Part shown: positions 12,433-24,569 of the stretch, piece by piece
How the letters are laid out: each line of letters opens with the position of its first letter
Position numbering within the stretch: position 1 is the stretch's first letter
Made by a program: the position numbers and the translations under genes
The notes under the pieces: generated by a model
The model's input: the letters and a program-made list of their open reading frames with translations, nothing else
What the model was told of the DNA's origin: nothing
Databases searched by the model: none
NCBI RefSeq assembly: GCF_006345805.1
Contig: NW_021833225.1
Span: 1-64,000, forward strand
DNA length: 64,000 nt
DNA from: Octopus sinensis
Lineage: Eukaryota
Reading direction: 5' to 3'

Positions 12433-12520
12433 ATATATGTATATATATATCCATATGTAATATAACACACACACACATATATATATATATCCATATATTT
12501 ATATACATATATATGTATAC

Positions 12521-12917
12521 ACTGATCCGCTGTTCTTGAGGAGACCTATTGAGTCAAGTACGTCAAAACCAACATCAAAATATAAATCAAATGGAAATTG
12601 TAGTTAAGATACCTGTGCCGGTGACATGTAAAAAGCACCGTCTGAATGTAGCTAATGCCAGCACCACCTCACTGGCGTCCTTGTTGGTGACACATAAAAA
12701 GAAATAACCGATCGTGGCCGTTTGCCAGCCCACTCTCGCCCCTGTGCCGGTGGCACGTAAAAAGCACCAACTACACTCACATAGTGGTTGGTGTTAGGAA
12801 GGGTATCCAGCTCTAGAAACACTTCCAGATCACACTAGAGCCTGGCACAGCCTCCAGGCTTCCCAGACACCGGTCGAACCATCAAACCAAACAGACGTTA
12901 AACGATGATGATGATGA
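12521..12917 (+). mobile_element. RTE 3' UTR fragment
   Basis: GGTGGCACGTAAAAAGCACC units and ACGTTAAACGATGATGAT tail. Confidence 0.85.
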
Positions 12918-13112
12918 TATATATATATATATATGTGTGTATATATATATATGTATATACACATATATATATATATACATACATACATATATATATATAT
13001 ATGTACATATATACACACACATATATACATATATATACACACACATATACATATATATATACACATAAACATATATATAGACACATACACACACACACAT
13101 ATATATATATAT

Positions 13113-14233
13113 TGTTGTGGTTCGGCTGGTACAGTATTTCTTGACCTACTTTGTTGAGAGTGTAGTCTGGAAGTCTGGAATAAAAAGTTACAGCCCTTTG
13201 TTTACTGGAAGAGTAATGGCTTTTGGAGGGACCTTTGGCCTTGTGCCGGTCGATTAGGGGTCAGAGAGATGTGAGGGCCGAGGAAGATAGAGTAAGGAAG
13301 AATCTAGTGACAGTGAAGAAGAGGAAGAAGAAAGTAGTGAGAAAGATAGAGTAAGGAAGAATCTAGTGACAGTGAAGAAGAGGAAGAACAAAGTAGTGAG
13401 AAAGACAGAGTAAGGGATATGAGAGCAGATAGAGAGAATATTAGCAGTGCTAAGACAGATTGGGGGTGGTGAGAGAGCAGAGGTTTTTGGGAGTCAGGGC
13501 GAGCGGTTGGAATTTAGGCAGTCAGCGGTCTTGGAGTATTGGGACAGAGAGAGATATATATACAGAGGAATAGGCGGCGATGGAGATGAGGTACAATATG
13601 AGGCGTTGGCTAATGTAAGGTATGTGAATTGTGTATTGATATGTGAAGAAAAAGAAGGACAAGGAATCGATGTATTAAACAGTGAAAAGAAATGAGACAG
13701 TGAAAAGAACAATGTGAAATGTGTAAGGACATTGTGTACAGTGTTGTGATTTGAACATTGTATAATGAACATTGAACTGTTAGGTCTTTAATGTCCTTCG
13801 AACTGTATATGCCTTTAATGTGTTTTGAAATAGAACTGTGTCTTCGGACGTGTACTCTTGAAATGCTGATGTATTGAACTTGATGTGTTGTTACCGGACG
13901 GTTATATTGTATCTGCATGTTTAAATGCTTTGATCTGTGGTATACCTGTATGATGTGTTGATTCTGTTACTTGCTTGTATTTACCTGATGTATCTTTAAA
14001 TGTAATTGATGTTGTAACAATTGATTGTCATATAAACTAGTTGTTAAATGTAAGCCAGTTGTGCCTTGCCTCTTTGTGTCTCTCTCGATTACCTCTGTGC
14101 TGCTGCTGCTGTTGTTGTTGTATCTATCTCTCCTCTCCTTTCCGAGATTCCGTAGCTTATTCGCTGCATCGAACGGGCCTGGGTGTGAGGGATTCCGTAA
14201 CAGTTCGAATCGGAGGTCCCCCCCCTCGTAACA
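13113..14233 (+). repeat. 5' LTR (1121 bp)
   Basis: Starts TGTTGTGG, ends CGTAACA; matches 15954-17027; has one extra ~59-bp internal unit (13286-13404 tandem). Confidence 0.95.
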
Positions 14234-14235
14234 AT

Positions 14236-14253
14236 TGGTGTCAGAAGTGGGAT
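14236..14253 (+). promoter_or_regulatory. Primer-binding site TGGTGTCAGAAGTGGGAT, complementary to the 3' end of a tRNA-Leu
   Basis: 2 nt after the LTR; reverse complement ATCCCACTTCTGACACCA matches the 3' end of animal tRNA-Leu(CAA) as recalled. Confidence 0.85.
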
Positions 14254-14261
14254 TGTCCTGA

Positions 14262-15542
14262 TTGCTGCGTTCGATCGGCTTTTTCGCTATGGATTCGTCT
14301 GGTTGTCAGACCGGAGACGAGGAGATTTCACTTGCCTTGATTATAAAGATGTTGAGGGGCCAGATGGCACAGACAGACACATTCTTGGAAAGGATGGACG
14401 AGAGGCGACAGAGACTGTGGGCAGATCGGCAGGAGCTTGAGGTCGCGGATGGGTCAGCTTTGGAGGATCGGTGTTGGACCGGGGATAGCGACGGTCCTGT
14501 GGGCGGAGATTGCCCGTCAAATGAAGCGTCAAGTGAAGAGTGTGGGTCGGAAGAACTCTTTGATGTTGCGGAACCCGAAGTGGTTGCTGAAATTTGTGAC
14601 GCTGGACCTGAAGGAAGTGTTGCGGAACCTGGGTTGGTTGCCGAAATTTGTGATGCTGTACCCGAGAAATCTTGTGATTTGGAACCAGTAGAGGTTGAGG
14701 AAACCGAAAGGCCTGTTGAAGGTGTTATGGCTGATGCTGTTGTTCCGTGTCTGGGGCCCTTGGCGTCTCGACCCCTGTCTCTCGGAGCTCAGGACGAAGA
14801 GCTGGCGAAGTCTGGAGCGGATATCGCTAAATCCGAGGTTCCGGCTCTGTGTGTAATGGTCGCGGCAGGTGTTGTGCCGTGTGCGAGTCCTTTGGTGTCT
14901 GGGCCCCTGTATCTCAGGGCTCAGAAGGACTGTATGGTTCCCACTGTGGAGAGGCCACAGGCGTGGATGGACTGGCGGCCGAGCGTGCATGTTGTGAAGC
15001 CTTCGGTGGAGAAGCTGGAGAGGAAAAGGACCAAGCCCGTTGACGAGGCGAGATGGCTGCGAACGGTGGTGGGTCCACCAAGACCAGGAAGACTGCTTCA
15101 GTGTTGGGTGAGCTGTGTGGTTGATGGCTGCTTGGGGCTGGGGGAGCCCGACAGGCAGTGCATAGTAAAAGCTCAATTGAGGGTCGGGTGGACCCTAGTA
15201 GAAGCAGAAGCTGGCAGAGCGCTGGCTGGGTCGGCCGATCTTTTGGAAGTGGCAGAGGCGATTTGTAGAGGGCAAATCGAGGAATCGTGCCAGATGGCGA
15301 ACCAGTGGTGGGGCCAGTTCTGCCGATACGGCAATGCAGTTGAAGGAGATGGTGGTCCACCGATGCAGTTGCGGAAGAAGCAACCATTGGTGAGGAGCGC
15401 AGGACGTTGGTCGCGAGGGTTGTCGGATGTTGGTCGCACGAACACGGCGGAGTGCTTCATCAACCAAGGCGGTCGTCGCCTGAGGAGGCAGCGAGGCCGC
15501 GGAATGGTCCCAGTACAGCAGCGAAAGAGGAGATATCGGTGA
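14262..15542 (+). CDS. 426-aa ORF of the LTR element; acidic repeat-containing gag-like part fused to a decayed pol linker
   Basis: Uninterrupted ORF just after the PBS; internal repeats VAEPEVVAEICDAG/VAEPGLVAEICDAV and VVPCLGPLASRPLSLGAQ/VVPCASPLVSGPLYLRAQ; C-terminal GRTNTAECFINQGG resembles the Gypsy pre-RT linker. Confidence 0.55.
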   Translation: MLRSIGFFAMDSSGCQTGDEEISLALIIKMLRGQMAQTDTFLERMDERRQRLWADRQELEVADGSALEDRCWTGDSDGPVGGDCPSNEASSEECGSEELFDVAEPEVVAEICDAGPEGSVAEPGLVAEICDAVPEKSCDLEPVEVEETERPVEGVMADAVVPCLGPLASRPLSLGAQDEELAKSGADIAKSEVPALCVMVAAGVVPCASPLVSGPLYLRAQKDCMVPTVERPQAWMDWRPSVHVVKPSVEKLERKRTKPVDEARWLRTVVGPPRPGRLLQCWVSCVVDGCLGLGEPDRQCIVKAQLRVGWTLVEAEAGRALAGSADLLEVAEAICRGQIEESCQMANQWWGQFCRYGNAVEGDGGPPMQLRKKQPLVRSAGRWSRGLSDVGRTNTAECFINQGGRRLRRQRGRGMVPVQQRKRRYR

Positions 15543-15953
15543 CAGGGAACAGTGGAAAAGCGGAATGGTCCCTCCCCGTCGGCGATAATTGCGCAAAATG
15601 GAGACGGCACAGCAAGATGCTACGTGGGGTATAGAGCCCTGAGGAAGGTGGCCACTGTGAAGGATTGGCCGGACCCTGACTGTGTGAGGGATTTGAGGAA
15701 CTTCCTCGGACAGTGCACTATTGTAGGCGGCTCGTAGGAAGCTTGGCGGCTTTGGCAGAGGTGTTACCCAAGCCGCAGGGGGAGGGTGCCAATCTGTGGC
15801 CGGTGGTGAAGTGGTGGCCGTGGGAGGTGAGACCCCCGGAGGAGAAACCACCCAAGGGGACCTCCAGTTCCTGGAACATCTGCTGGAGCTCGCCCTCGGA
15901 GGTACAGGTTTGTTGTGCTTTTGTCGGGTCGACAAAGCTTAGGTAGGGTGTAG

Positions 15954-17023
15954 TGTTGTGGTTCGGCTGGTACAGTATTTCCTGACCTACTTTGTTGAGA
16001 GTGTAGTCTGGAAGTTTGGAATAAAAAGTTACAGCCCTTTGTTTACTGGAAGAGTAATGGCTTTTGGAGTGACCTTTGGCCTTGTGCCAGTCGATTAGGG
16101 GTCAGAGAGATGTGAGGGCCGAGGAAGATGGAGTAAGGAAGAATCTAGTGATAGTGAAGAAGAGGAAGAAGAAAGTAGTGAGAAAGACAGAGTAAGGGAT
16201 CTGAGAGCAGATAGAGAGAATATTAGCAGTGCTAAGACAGATTGGGGGTGGTGAGAGAGCAGAGGTTTTTGGACAGTTTGTTTTTGGGAGTCAGGGCGAG
16301 CGGTTGGAATTTAAGCAGTCGGCGGTCTTGGAGTATTGGGACAGAGAGAGATATATACAGAGGAATAGGCGGCGATGGAGATGAGGTACAATACGAGGCG
16401 TTGGCTAATGTAAGGTATGTGAATTGTGTATTGATATGTGAAGAAAAAGAAGGACAAGGAATCGATGTATTAAACAGTGAAAAGAAATGAGACAGTGAAA
16501 AGAACAATGTGAAATGTGTAAGGACATTGTGTACAGTGTTGTGATTTGAACATTGTATAATGAACATTGAACTGTTAGGCCTTTAATGTCCTTCAAACTG
16601 TATATGCCTTTAATGTGTTTTGAAATAGAACTGTGTCTTCGGACGTGTACTCTTGAAATGCTGATGTATTGAACTTGATGTGTTGTTACCGGACGGTTAT
16701 ATTGTATCTGCATGTTTAAATGCTTTGATCTGTGGTATACCTGTATGATGTGTTGATTCTGTTACTTGCTTGTATTTACCTGATGTATCTTTAAATGTAA
16801 TTGATGTTGTAACAATTGATTGTCATATAAACTAGTTGTTAAATGTAAGCCAGTTGTGCCTTGCCTCTTTGTGTCTCTCTCGATTGCCTCTGTGCTGCTG
16901 CTGCTGTTGTTGTTGTATCTATCTCTCCTCTCCTTTCCGAGTTTCCGTAGCTTATTCGCTGCATCAAACGGGCCTGGGTATGAGGGATTCCGTAACAGTT
17001 TGAATCGGAGGTCCCCCCCTCGT

Positions 17024-17027
<4 letters not shown>
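15954..17027 (+). repeat. 3' LTR (1074 bp)
   Basis: About 95% identical by eye to the 5' LTR; same termini. Confidence 0.95.
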
Positions 17028-17060
<33 letters not shown>

Positions 17061-17076
17061 CACACACACATATATA

Positions 17077-18492
17077 TCATAATCATCATCATCGTTTAAC
17101 ATCCACTTTCCAAGCTGGCATGGGTTGGACGATTTGACTGAGGACCAGCGAACCATATGACTGCACCAGGCTCCAATCTGATCTGGCAGAGTTTCTACAG
17201 CTGGATGCCTTTCCTAACACCAATCACTCTGAGAGTGTAGTGAGTGCTTTTACGTGCCACTGGCATGAGGGCCAGTCAGGTGGTACTAGCAATGGCCACG
17301 CTCAAATGATGTTTTTTACGTGTCACCTGCACAGGAGCCAGTCCGGCGGCACTGGCAACAACCATGCTCGAATGTTTTTTCACATGTCACTAGCACAAGT
17401 GCCAGTAAGGCGACACTGGTAATGATTACGCTCAAATGGTGCTTTTTACATGCCACCAGCACAGAAGCCAGTCAGCTGCTCTGGCAACAATCATACTCAG
17501 ATGGTGCTCTTAGTGCCCCACTAGCACTGATGCCAGTCATCGAATTTGATTTCGATTTCGATTTCAATTGCCGGAACAGGTCTTCGCAAGCAGAGTTTAG
17601 TGTCCAATGAAGGAACGGTACTGATAAGTGGGCTGGTTATACCCCTGGCATAGGCCATGGGCTATGGTCTCACTTGGCTTGCCGAGTTTTCTCACGCACA
17701 GCATATTTCCAAAGGTCTCGGTCACTAGTCATTGCCTCGGTGAGGCCTAATGTTCAAAGGTCATGCTTCACCACCTCATCCCAGGTCTTCCTGGGTCTAC
17801 CTCTTCCACACGTTCCCTCCACACTTCTTCACACAGCTGTCCTTATCCATACGCAACACATGACCATACCAGCTATCCTCATCCTCTCTCACCACATGAC
17901 CATACCAGCACAGTCGTCTCTCTTGCACACCACATCTGATGCTTCTTAGGCCCAACTTTTCTCTCAAGGTACTTACACTCTATTGAGTATGCACACTGAC
18001 ATTACACATCCATCGGATCATACTGGCTTCATTCCTTGCCAGCTTATGCATGTCGTCAGCAGTCATGGCCCATGTTTCACTGCCGTATAGCATGGCAGTT
18101 CATACACATGCATCATACAGTCTACCTTTTATTCTGAGCGAGAGGCCCTTTGTCACCAGCTGAGGTAAGAGCTCTCTGAACTTTGCCCAGGCTATTCTTC
18201 TTCTAGCAGCTACACTTTCAGCGCACCTTCCCCCGCTACTGACTTGGTCACCTAGGTAATGGAAGCTATCAACTACTAGTTTTTCTCCCTGGAATGTGGC
18301 AGAAGTTGTTCTCTGCATATTTTCAGTGTTTATTGCTCCTGAGCATCTGCCACATACAAAAACTATCTTCCCAGTTGACCTTCCTTTGATATTGCTGAAC
18401 CACTCATGTATCCATAGCTTATACTGGGTACATCTTATAAAGTTTCTACTTACACCTTTCCTACAGATCGAGTAGAGCCATCTACCTGAAGG
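17077..18492 (-). mobile_element. 5'-truncated RTE LINE (PHD/RT C-terminus + 3' UTR)
   Basis: ORF 18100-18318 FQGEKLVVDSFHYLGDQVS...KGRLYDACV; reversed tail at 17077; (TA)n on both sides. Confidence 0.92.
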
Positions 18493-18525
18493 GATTTATA
18501 TATATATATATACATATATATATAT

Positions 18526-18672
18526 GATGGGCTTTCAGTTATATCTGCCACATCTACTCAGAATGCTTTGGTTGATCTGGAGCTATAGTATAACATACTT
18601 GCTCAAGGTGTCATGCTGTGAAACTGAACCCAAAGCTACATGTTTGGAACACAAACTTCTTAGCCATGTCTG
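18526..18672 (-). mobile_element. Degenerate tRNA-derived SINE
   Basis: Minus strand GGGTTCAG B-box-like motif then CACCTTGAGCAAGT core; same family as 56536-56691. Confidence 0.6.
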
Positions 18673-18999
18673 CACTTAACTCTTAAATCACACAGCCATA
18701 ACTGTGCCAATACATAGTAGCCATGAAAATAGATGTAGGCTAGTCAGGTTCAAATCAATCTGCTAGAAATAGCAGCCAAAATCACCTCAAATCACCACTT
18801 ATCACCTTAATAAAGGAAAATGAAGCTGCAAAAACAATATGAAATATCAACATATGCAACACCTTTAAACATAATTTATCAGCACTGGCCTTAGGATTAA
18901 ACAGCAATAGTTATGATTAAATTCTACAGTGGATACAAATTTATGACAATTAAAAATTCTGAATAAAAATGTTTATATAAGAAACATATTGTTACTTAC

Positions 19000-19057
19000 C
19001 ACAGAAGCATTGTGCAAGGAACAAGTATTTCAAATATAACGGGTTAAATTCCATTAT
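19000..19057 (-). CDS. Candidate isolated internal exon of an unidentified host gene (IMEFNPLYLKYLFLAQCFC)
   Basis: Minus strand acceptor TATTTTCTTTGTAG and donor TG|GTAAGT; one of three frames open; no TE similarity recognised; no homolog recognised. Confidence 0.3.
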
Positions 19058-19559
19058 CTACAAAGAAAATAATAAATACTGATAGGAACAATTTCTACAA
19101 ATAGCCCATGATGCAAAATAATAGTGTAAAAAATAATTTAACATAAATCATAGGAACTTGTCTTTGCAAAAACAGGAACCCATGAACAAGTATTATCATG
19201 GTGAAATTATAAGTAATAAAAAAACTAGACACAGTTAATCTGAAAAATACAAAGAAAAAACAAAAAGCAACATCAGTGTTTTGTTTAGTCATATTTTAAG
19301 CATCTTCCATTACACTCTCTCTTTCAAATACCTCAGAACATCCAAGTAAAATATGATTTTCTATAGGGGTCACTATGAATTTTTGAAACTATTTAAATGT
19401 AATTTCTACTGTACATTTTCTTGGAGAGAATCCAAAAACAAACATTTTGATACTTCATTCGTTAAATTTGAATGAATATTTTAGCAGATATGACAACTTG
19501 GGTGGCCAGTGAATTTGTTAAAATCTTGCCTAATTAGCCTACATGAATAATTGACCATT

Positions 19560-20510
19560 TTATATAATATATAATGAAATTATTGTATAAAGTGCTCAGG
19601 TGCACCACAACTTGTCAGAAAGTGGGTACAAAGTGTATGCAGTAATGTACAAATGTCTGGAAAGCGAACAATGTATGAGTCAGATAATTGCTTGCGTGTG
19701 TATGGAGGGGAGAAAATCAGGTGTAGTGTTGGTGAATCTCAGAAAGCATGGAAGTTTTGAAGGATGCAGTGCTCCGACAACTAACAACTGATGCCAGCAG
19801 TTTGTTCCATGCTTCAGCAACTCTCTGCGTGAAAAAATGTTTCTTAAAGTCATGGGAGCTGTGCTGTTTTCTGACTTTGTAAATATGCCCACGGGTGTTA
19901 GATGGGTGGAGTTTGAAAAGGTGCTCAGAGTTATTGTTTGTAAGATGGTTAATAATTTTATGGGTGTCTGTCAAGTCAGCTGTCAGACGGCGAAGTTTCA
20001 ATGTGTCCATGCCCAGGGAAGTAAGGCGTTCAGAATATGGCAAGTGCCTGATGGAGGGTATTCTTTTGGTTGCACATCGCTGAACGGCTTCCAGATGATT
20101 AATATCCTGGGCAAGATAGGGGTTCCAGACAAGTGATGCAAATTCCAGGTGAGGTCTTACCATAGCTATATAAAGCCGCAGATAGATAGCCGGAAAGCGG
20201 CTCACAAAGGACTTGGTGAGTGATGCCAAGACACCCTCAGCCTTCTTGGCAATTTTAGCGATGTGTTTTGTCCAATGCAAATTGCTGTTGACAATAACAC
20301 CCAGGTCACGTTCACACGAAGACTTTTTGAGATTAGTGTTGTGGAGGGAGTAGGCAGACGCTGGGTTTTTCCTCCCAAAATGCATGGTGGTACATTTGTC
20401 CGCAGCCAGCTTGAGTTGCCAGTCCATGATCCACTGCTGCATTGTGTAATAGAGAGCTATAGTGTACAGGATCTGACCTCTTTATTTCGAGGTACAGCTT
20501 GATTTTGTAA
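19560..20510 (-). mobile_element. CR1-group LINE 3' fragment
   Basis: ORF 19717-20442 RDLGVIV, VRPHLEFASLVWNPY, RRLTADL, KHFFTQRVAEAWNKL; same family as 58290-59050. Confidence 0.92.
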
Positions 20511-22639
20511 TATATCTTTGAAACTGAGGTGATAACCAACTGTGAATTACACAAATAGGTGCCTTTCTTTTTCTTTCTTTTTTTTCAGGTTTTTGAAAAT
20601 AAAACTTTGTTTTGGGAGCAATTTTTAAAATATTTATGTAAAACCTATTTTGTTACATGTAACAAACAGTCAATTTCAGTGTTTTCAGACTTAGCTAAAT
20701 TCAAAAGTACAAGTCACAAGGACTTGAGTTTTGGCATATTTGTAATAGATACAAGCTAAATAAATCCTGAGATTTGGGATCATGACACCATTTCAATACA
20801 ATTTTAATGGATTATTAAAAATGGCTATAAGCAGCAGAGTTTGGGATCAAGATGTCCATTTAAGCTGAATTTTGATGGGGATTTTTCCAATTTTCTTTTC
20901 ACCACCGCCTTGGAAATGACAGGTCAAGGTATATTATAAAAAAATTTATTGAAAATCTATGATTTTTTCCAACCTCCTACCCTCCCCTCTGGACTGATTT
21001 TGGCCTCTTTTTTTGTACAATGCACTTAAAAAAAACAAGAGAAACGTTTTGGTTATGAAATGATGTTTGAAAACATTTTCAAATGAAAAAGTGTGTGATT
21101 TATAGAAGATTTAGCTGTTGCTTCTAGCACATGACATGATGACCTGGTACCTTTCTCAGAATTGCATGTACACCCAGATTAAAAGACAAACAAAATGTGA
21201 AATCTAATTCCTTGCTTTAGCATTAAAAGCTTGAATTAAAGATATTAAAAACATCTGTAACATAGCAAACTTGTTAGTAGGAGAGAGACAAAAACCTAAA
21301 ATGAATATGTAAACACTACTACAAATTATCCAACTATATTCAAAATTGGGAAAGAAAATGCTTCATATTGAACCTAAATAGTCTACAAAATAATATTCAT
21401 TGTACAATATAATTGTGTTTGCAAAATTTGACCAATATTTCTCAAAGGACAATGAAATTTACATGTACAAGAATATCCACAAGGTATAATTCAGACATCA
21501 ACTCCACACTTTGTTACACAACAAGAGGGAATAAAGATTCACAATACAATGATTCTATGCTAATTATGGGTTCCAGAAGTCTGATGCAGCTCAATTTAGT
21601 GCATTTTTCTATAGAAATATGTTTACTTAGTAATTAGTTCATTTCTTGAAACTCTGGCTCAAACCAGAGCCTTGGATTCTGAAACCTCAGATTTGTGTTC
21701 TGTTTGACCTCTCACCACAGAGGAATATGTCACTTTGACTAGTAGTGTCAGTGTACCACTCTCTTTATTGACTTTGCACTTTTTCACCATACTATGGCCA
21801 GTTTCAGCAATGATCATATCTAACTGGCAAGTAATTTTTCTTTCTTATGACATAAAAATCTTGAAGAAAATGTATTATTTTCTAAGTGAAAGTTGATGAT
21901 AAAATTTTCACTTTTATATGTCATAGGGATTATTTGACCTACTTTCACTGATTTTTATATCAAAATAAAGCAGTAAAAGTCCTTTTCGTGACAGTATGAT
22001 CTGCAAAAGAATCAAGTTACACTGCTCCAGCACACTGAACAAAGATGAGAGCTACCTTTCAGTAGTCAAAGTAAAAAAAAAAAGGACAAACTTTGTGAAT
22101 GGGTGGAAATACCAGGGTGATTGAAGGAACATGGCATAATATTTAAGAGTTGGATTTTGATTCAAATTATATGAGAAGAAAGTTCACATAGAAAACTTTC
22201 AAATAAAATATGATTTTGACAAAAAAATGATCAAGTAAACAGTGTATTCTTGTATTGTCAAACTGTACTTGTCTCCCTCCTATGGTGCTTTATAGTGATA
22301 GCTTTCCAGAGTCAGCACTGCCAGTTACAACATTTGCGAATGAATATGTCTATGTAAACAATACAATTGAAGAGAGAAAATATAGGTAATGGATGCATTT
22401 ACATATTTCAAGAGTTATTGCTCTTTCATTAATACCACATCTAACCCACCAACAGACCATGGATACATTGCTTAAATACCCAATAAGTTTAACAGTGTGA
22501 CACAAATGGATAAACTAATTTACATATTAAACACATTCCTGGCAAACAGTACACACATATAAATTGCTGGCACGGTCAGAGTATTTCATTTTGCAACCAT
22601 AATATATGATACCATACTTACACTATATAGTATACTATT

Positions 22640-22860
22640 ACACATCCAACCGACTATGTTCAGTTCATTTAATTCTAATCTTCATAAATTTGCACTCAAA
22701 GAGGCCCATGTCTCACTTTTAAACAGCATCACACTTCATATACAAGCAGCATACAGTCCATCTTACACTCAGAGAAAAAACCCTTTGTTGCCAGCAGAGG
22801 TAATAACTTCCTGAACTTCTTCCAATCAGTTCTTACTTTTACTACTATGCTCTCTGATCC
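22640..22860 (-). mobile_element. Old RTE RT C-terminal fragment
   Basis: Minus translation VRTDWKKFRKLLPLLATKG aligns with RTE copies 1 and 2. Confidence 0.65.
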
Positions 22861-23129
22861 CCTGCCCTTTACATCAATTAGGTAACCCATGCTAGCATGG
22901 AAAACAGACGCTAAATGAAATGATGATGAAGTTATTAACTAATCCTAGACAGCTCATCAACCACTTTATAGAATGGTTTGAGTGGAATTTTAGTAGTGAT
23001 TGCCTTCTACACTGTAAGGTGAAAGAGACTTTGCCAGCTGAATAGTTAGATAGAACAGTGTTGGAGGAAATAGCATGAGTGAGAGAGGATAGTAAGAGTG
23101 TGACTGGGATAAGAGGGCAAGTAGATAAG

Positions 23130-24200
23130 TAAGTGATAGCCATGGATTAAAAAATCTGATACAAATGTTGGTCTACACCTAAACAATGGATTGGAATTTC
23201 TCATGGCCGCAATGATCATACTCGCTACCTGTAGTCAATTAAGCCTCAAAATCACAGTCATGACCGATTTGTTAAAAGTCAATTTTAAGATGTTTCCCGA
23301 GATCTAAACTTTCACTCTAATAAACCATATCATAAACGCAACAAGAAACTTAACTGCACTCACAAACAGTTTCGCTACCAGGTTCAGAAACCTGATAGCT
23401 AAACATTAATAGCAGGATATTCAACCTCTCTCCTCTAAAGAGATTTTTGATGAGCCTCTTACTATGAAAATGTCCTAGGTAATGGTAGCTTCAAAGATAA
23501 TTTATATTACAACTTTTCTAGTAATAATACGAATAATAAAAATGCACCTTAGAATAGGAAATTAATTTAGTTTGCCCTCACTCTCCCAAAATGTTAAAGC
23601 TAATTTAGTTTTAAAATTCTTCTCTCTCTCTTAGATAAGCGTTTCCCAGAAAATCACAAGTACAGAAATATCTTTAACAGGCAAATGAATTATCATAAAG
23701 CTGCTGCCCCCAATATAAAGAGCATCATCATCCATAACCACCACCAGTTGTAACTGCTGAGACTCTGAAGCTTGTCCATTCATTGTCCACTCAACTAGGG
23801 GCGCACAATAAACTTCATCTTATATGAAGCAGAAATTACAGTTACACTATATGATAACATAACCAAAAAGAAGAATTACATCAGGTTGTATAAAGGCAAC
23901 TTCAAAAAATGCCACACTGAACACCTATGTTTTTCCGGCACATGGACAAAACTAAAGCTGCTAAGTCAGCTAGCCATATACGGGTTTTAAGACACACTCC
24001 ACACCACATACAATCGAGTGGAAAACTATAGAAAAATCCATGTCATGTGTTAATGGATAAAACAAATACAAATTATGCAGTTTTGCACATCCTTTTTAGA
24101 TCTAAAACTTCCACAACACTGATGAATTCCGGATCAGAAATTTTCAGCAAATGTAAACATATGGCAAAGTTTCTTTTGGCAAACTGGAGAATACCAACCT
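23130..24200 (+). mobile_element. Penelope-like element fragment (RT C-terminus, linker, GIY-YIG endonuclease)
   Basis: Degenerate SSKEIFDE, DKRFPENHKYRNIFNR, PNIKSII, CPLN, YEAEIT and NSGSEIFSKCKHMAKFLLAN (ORF 24047-24247), typical PLE C-terminus. Confidence 0.8.
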
Positions 24201-24569
24201 CACCAGACAGAGAAGCTGTTTTGCACACTTTAGACCCCTTCCATTGATTCTGCCTCATCTAGCCTTATGATTCTACAGTCAAAGGGGATGTAACTAATTC
24301 TTTTTTGCCTTTCTTTTTCCATTTTTTTCACCAAACATCGGCATACTTTAAAACTTGACTAGATAATATCTTCAGTATATAAAACTATATACTGTGTACA
24401 TTAAACAACATACATATATATATTATATATATATATATGATATATATATATACAAGCATTAAACCAATAACATAGTTATCGAACTTTCTTTCTTCCTGCG
24501 TTGACCTTTTTAACGTTTATTTTCTTTAAACTATATATGTTTGTGCGTGCAAGTGTGTGTGAGTGTAGA

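Larger units (their letters stand above)
13113..17027 (+). mobile_element. Non-autonomous Ty3/Gypsy LTR retrotransposon with both LTRs, PBS, PPT and ATAT TSD
   Basis: TG...CA LTRs at 13113-14233 and 15954-17027; PBS at 14236; purine-rich AGGTAGGGTGTAG before the 3' LTR; ATAT on both sides; pol remnants GRTNTAECF, DGTARCYVGYRALRKV, VKDWPDPDCVRDLRNFLG. Confidence 0.92.

Noticed and set aside
24119-24148. CTGATGA...GAAA motif
   Set aside because: No valid stem II; it lies in the PLE coding phrase LMNSGSEIF.
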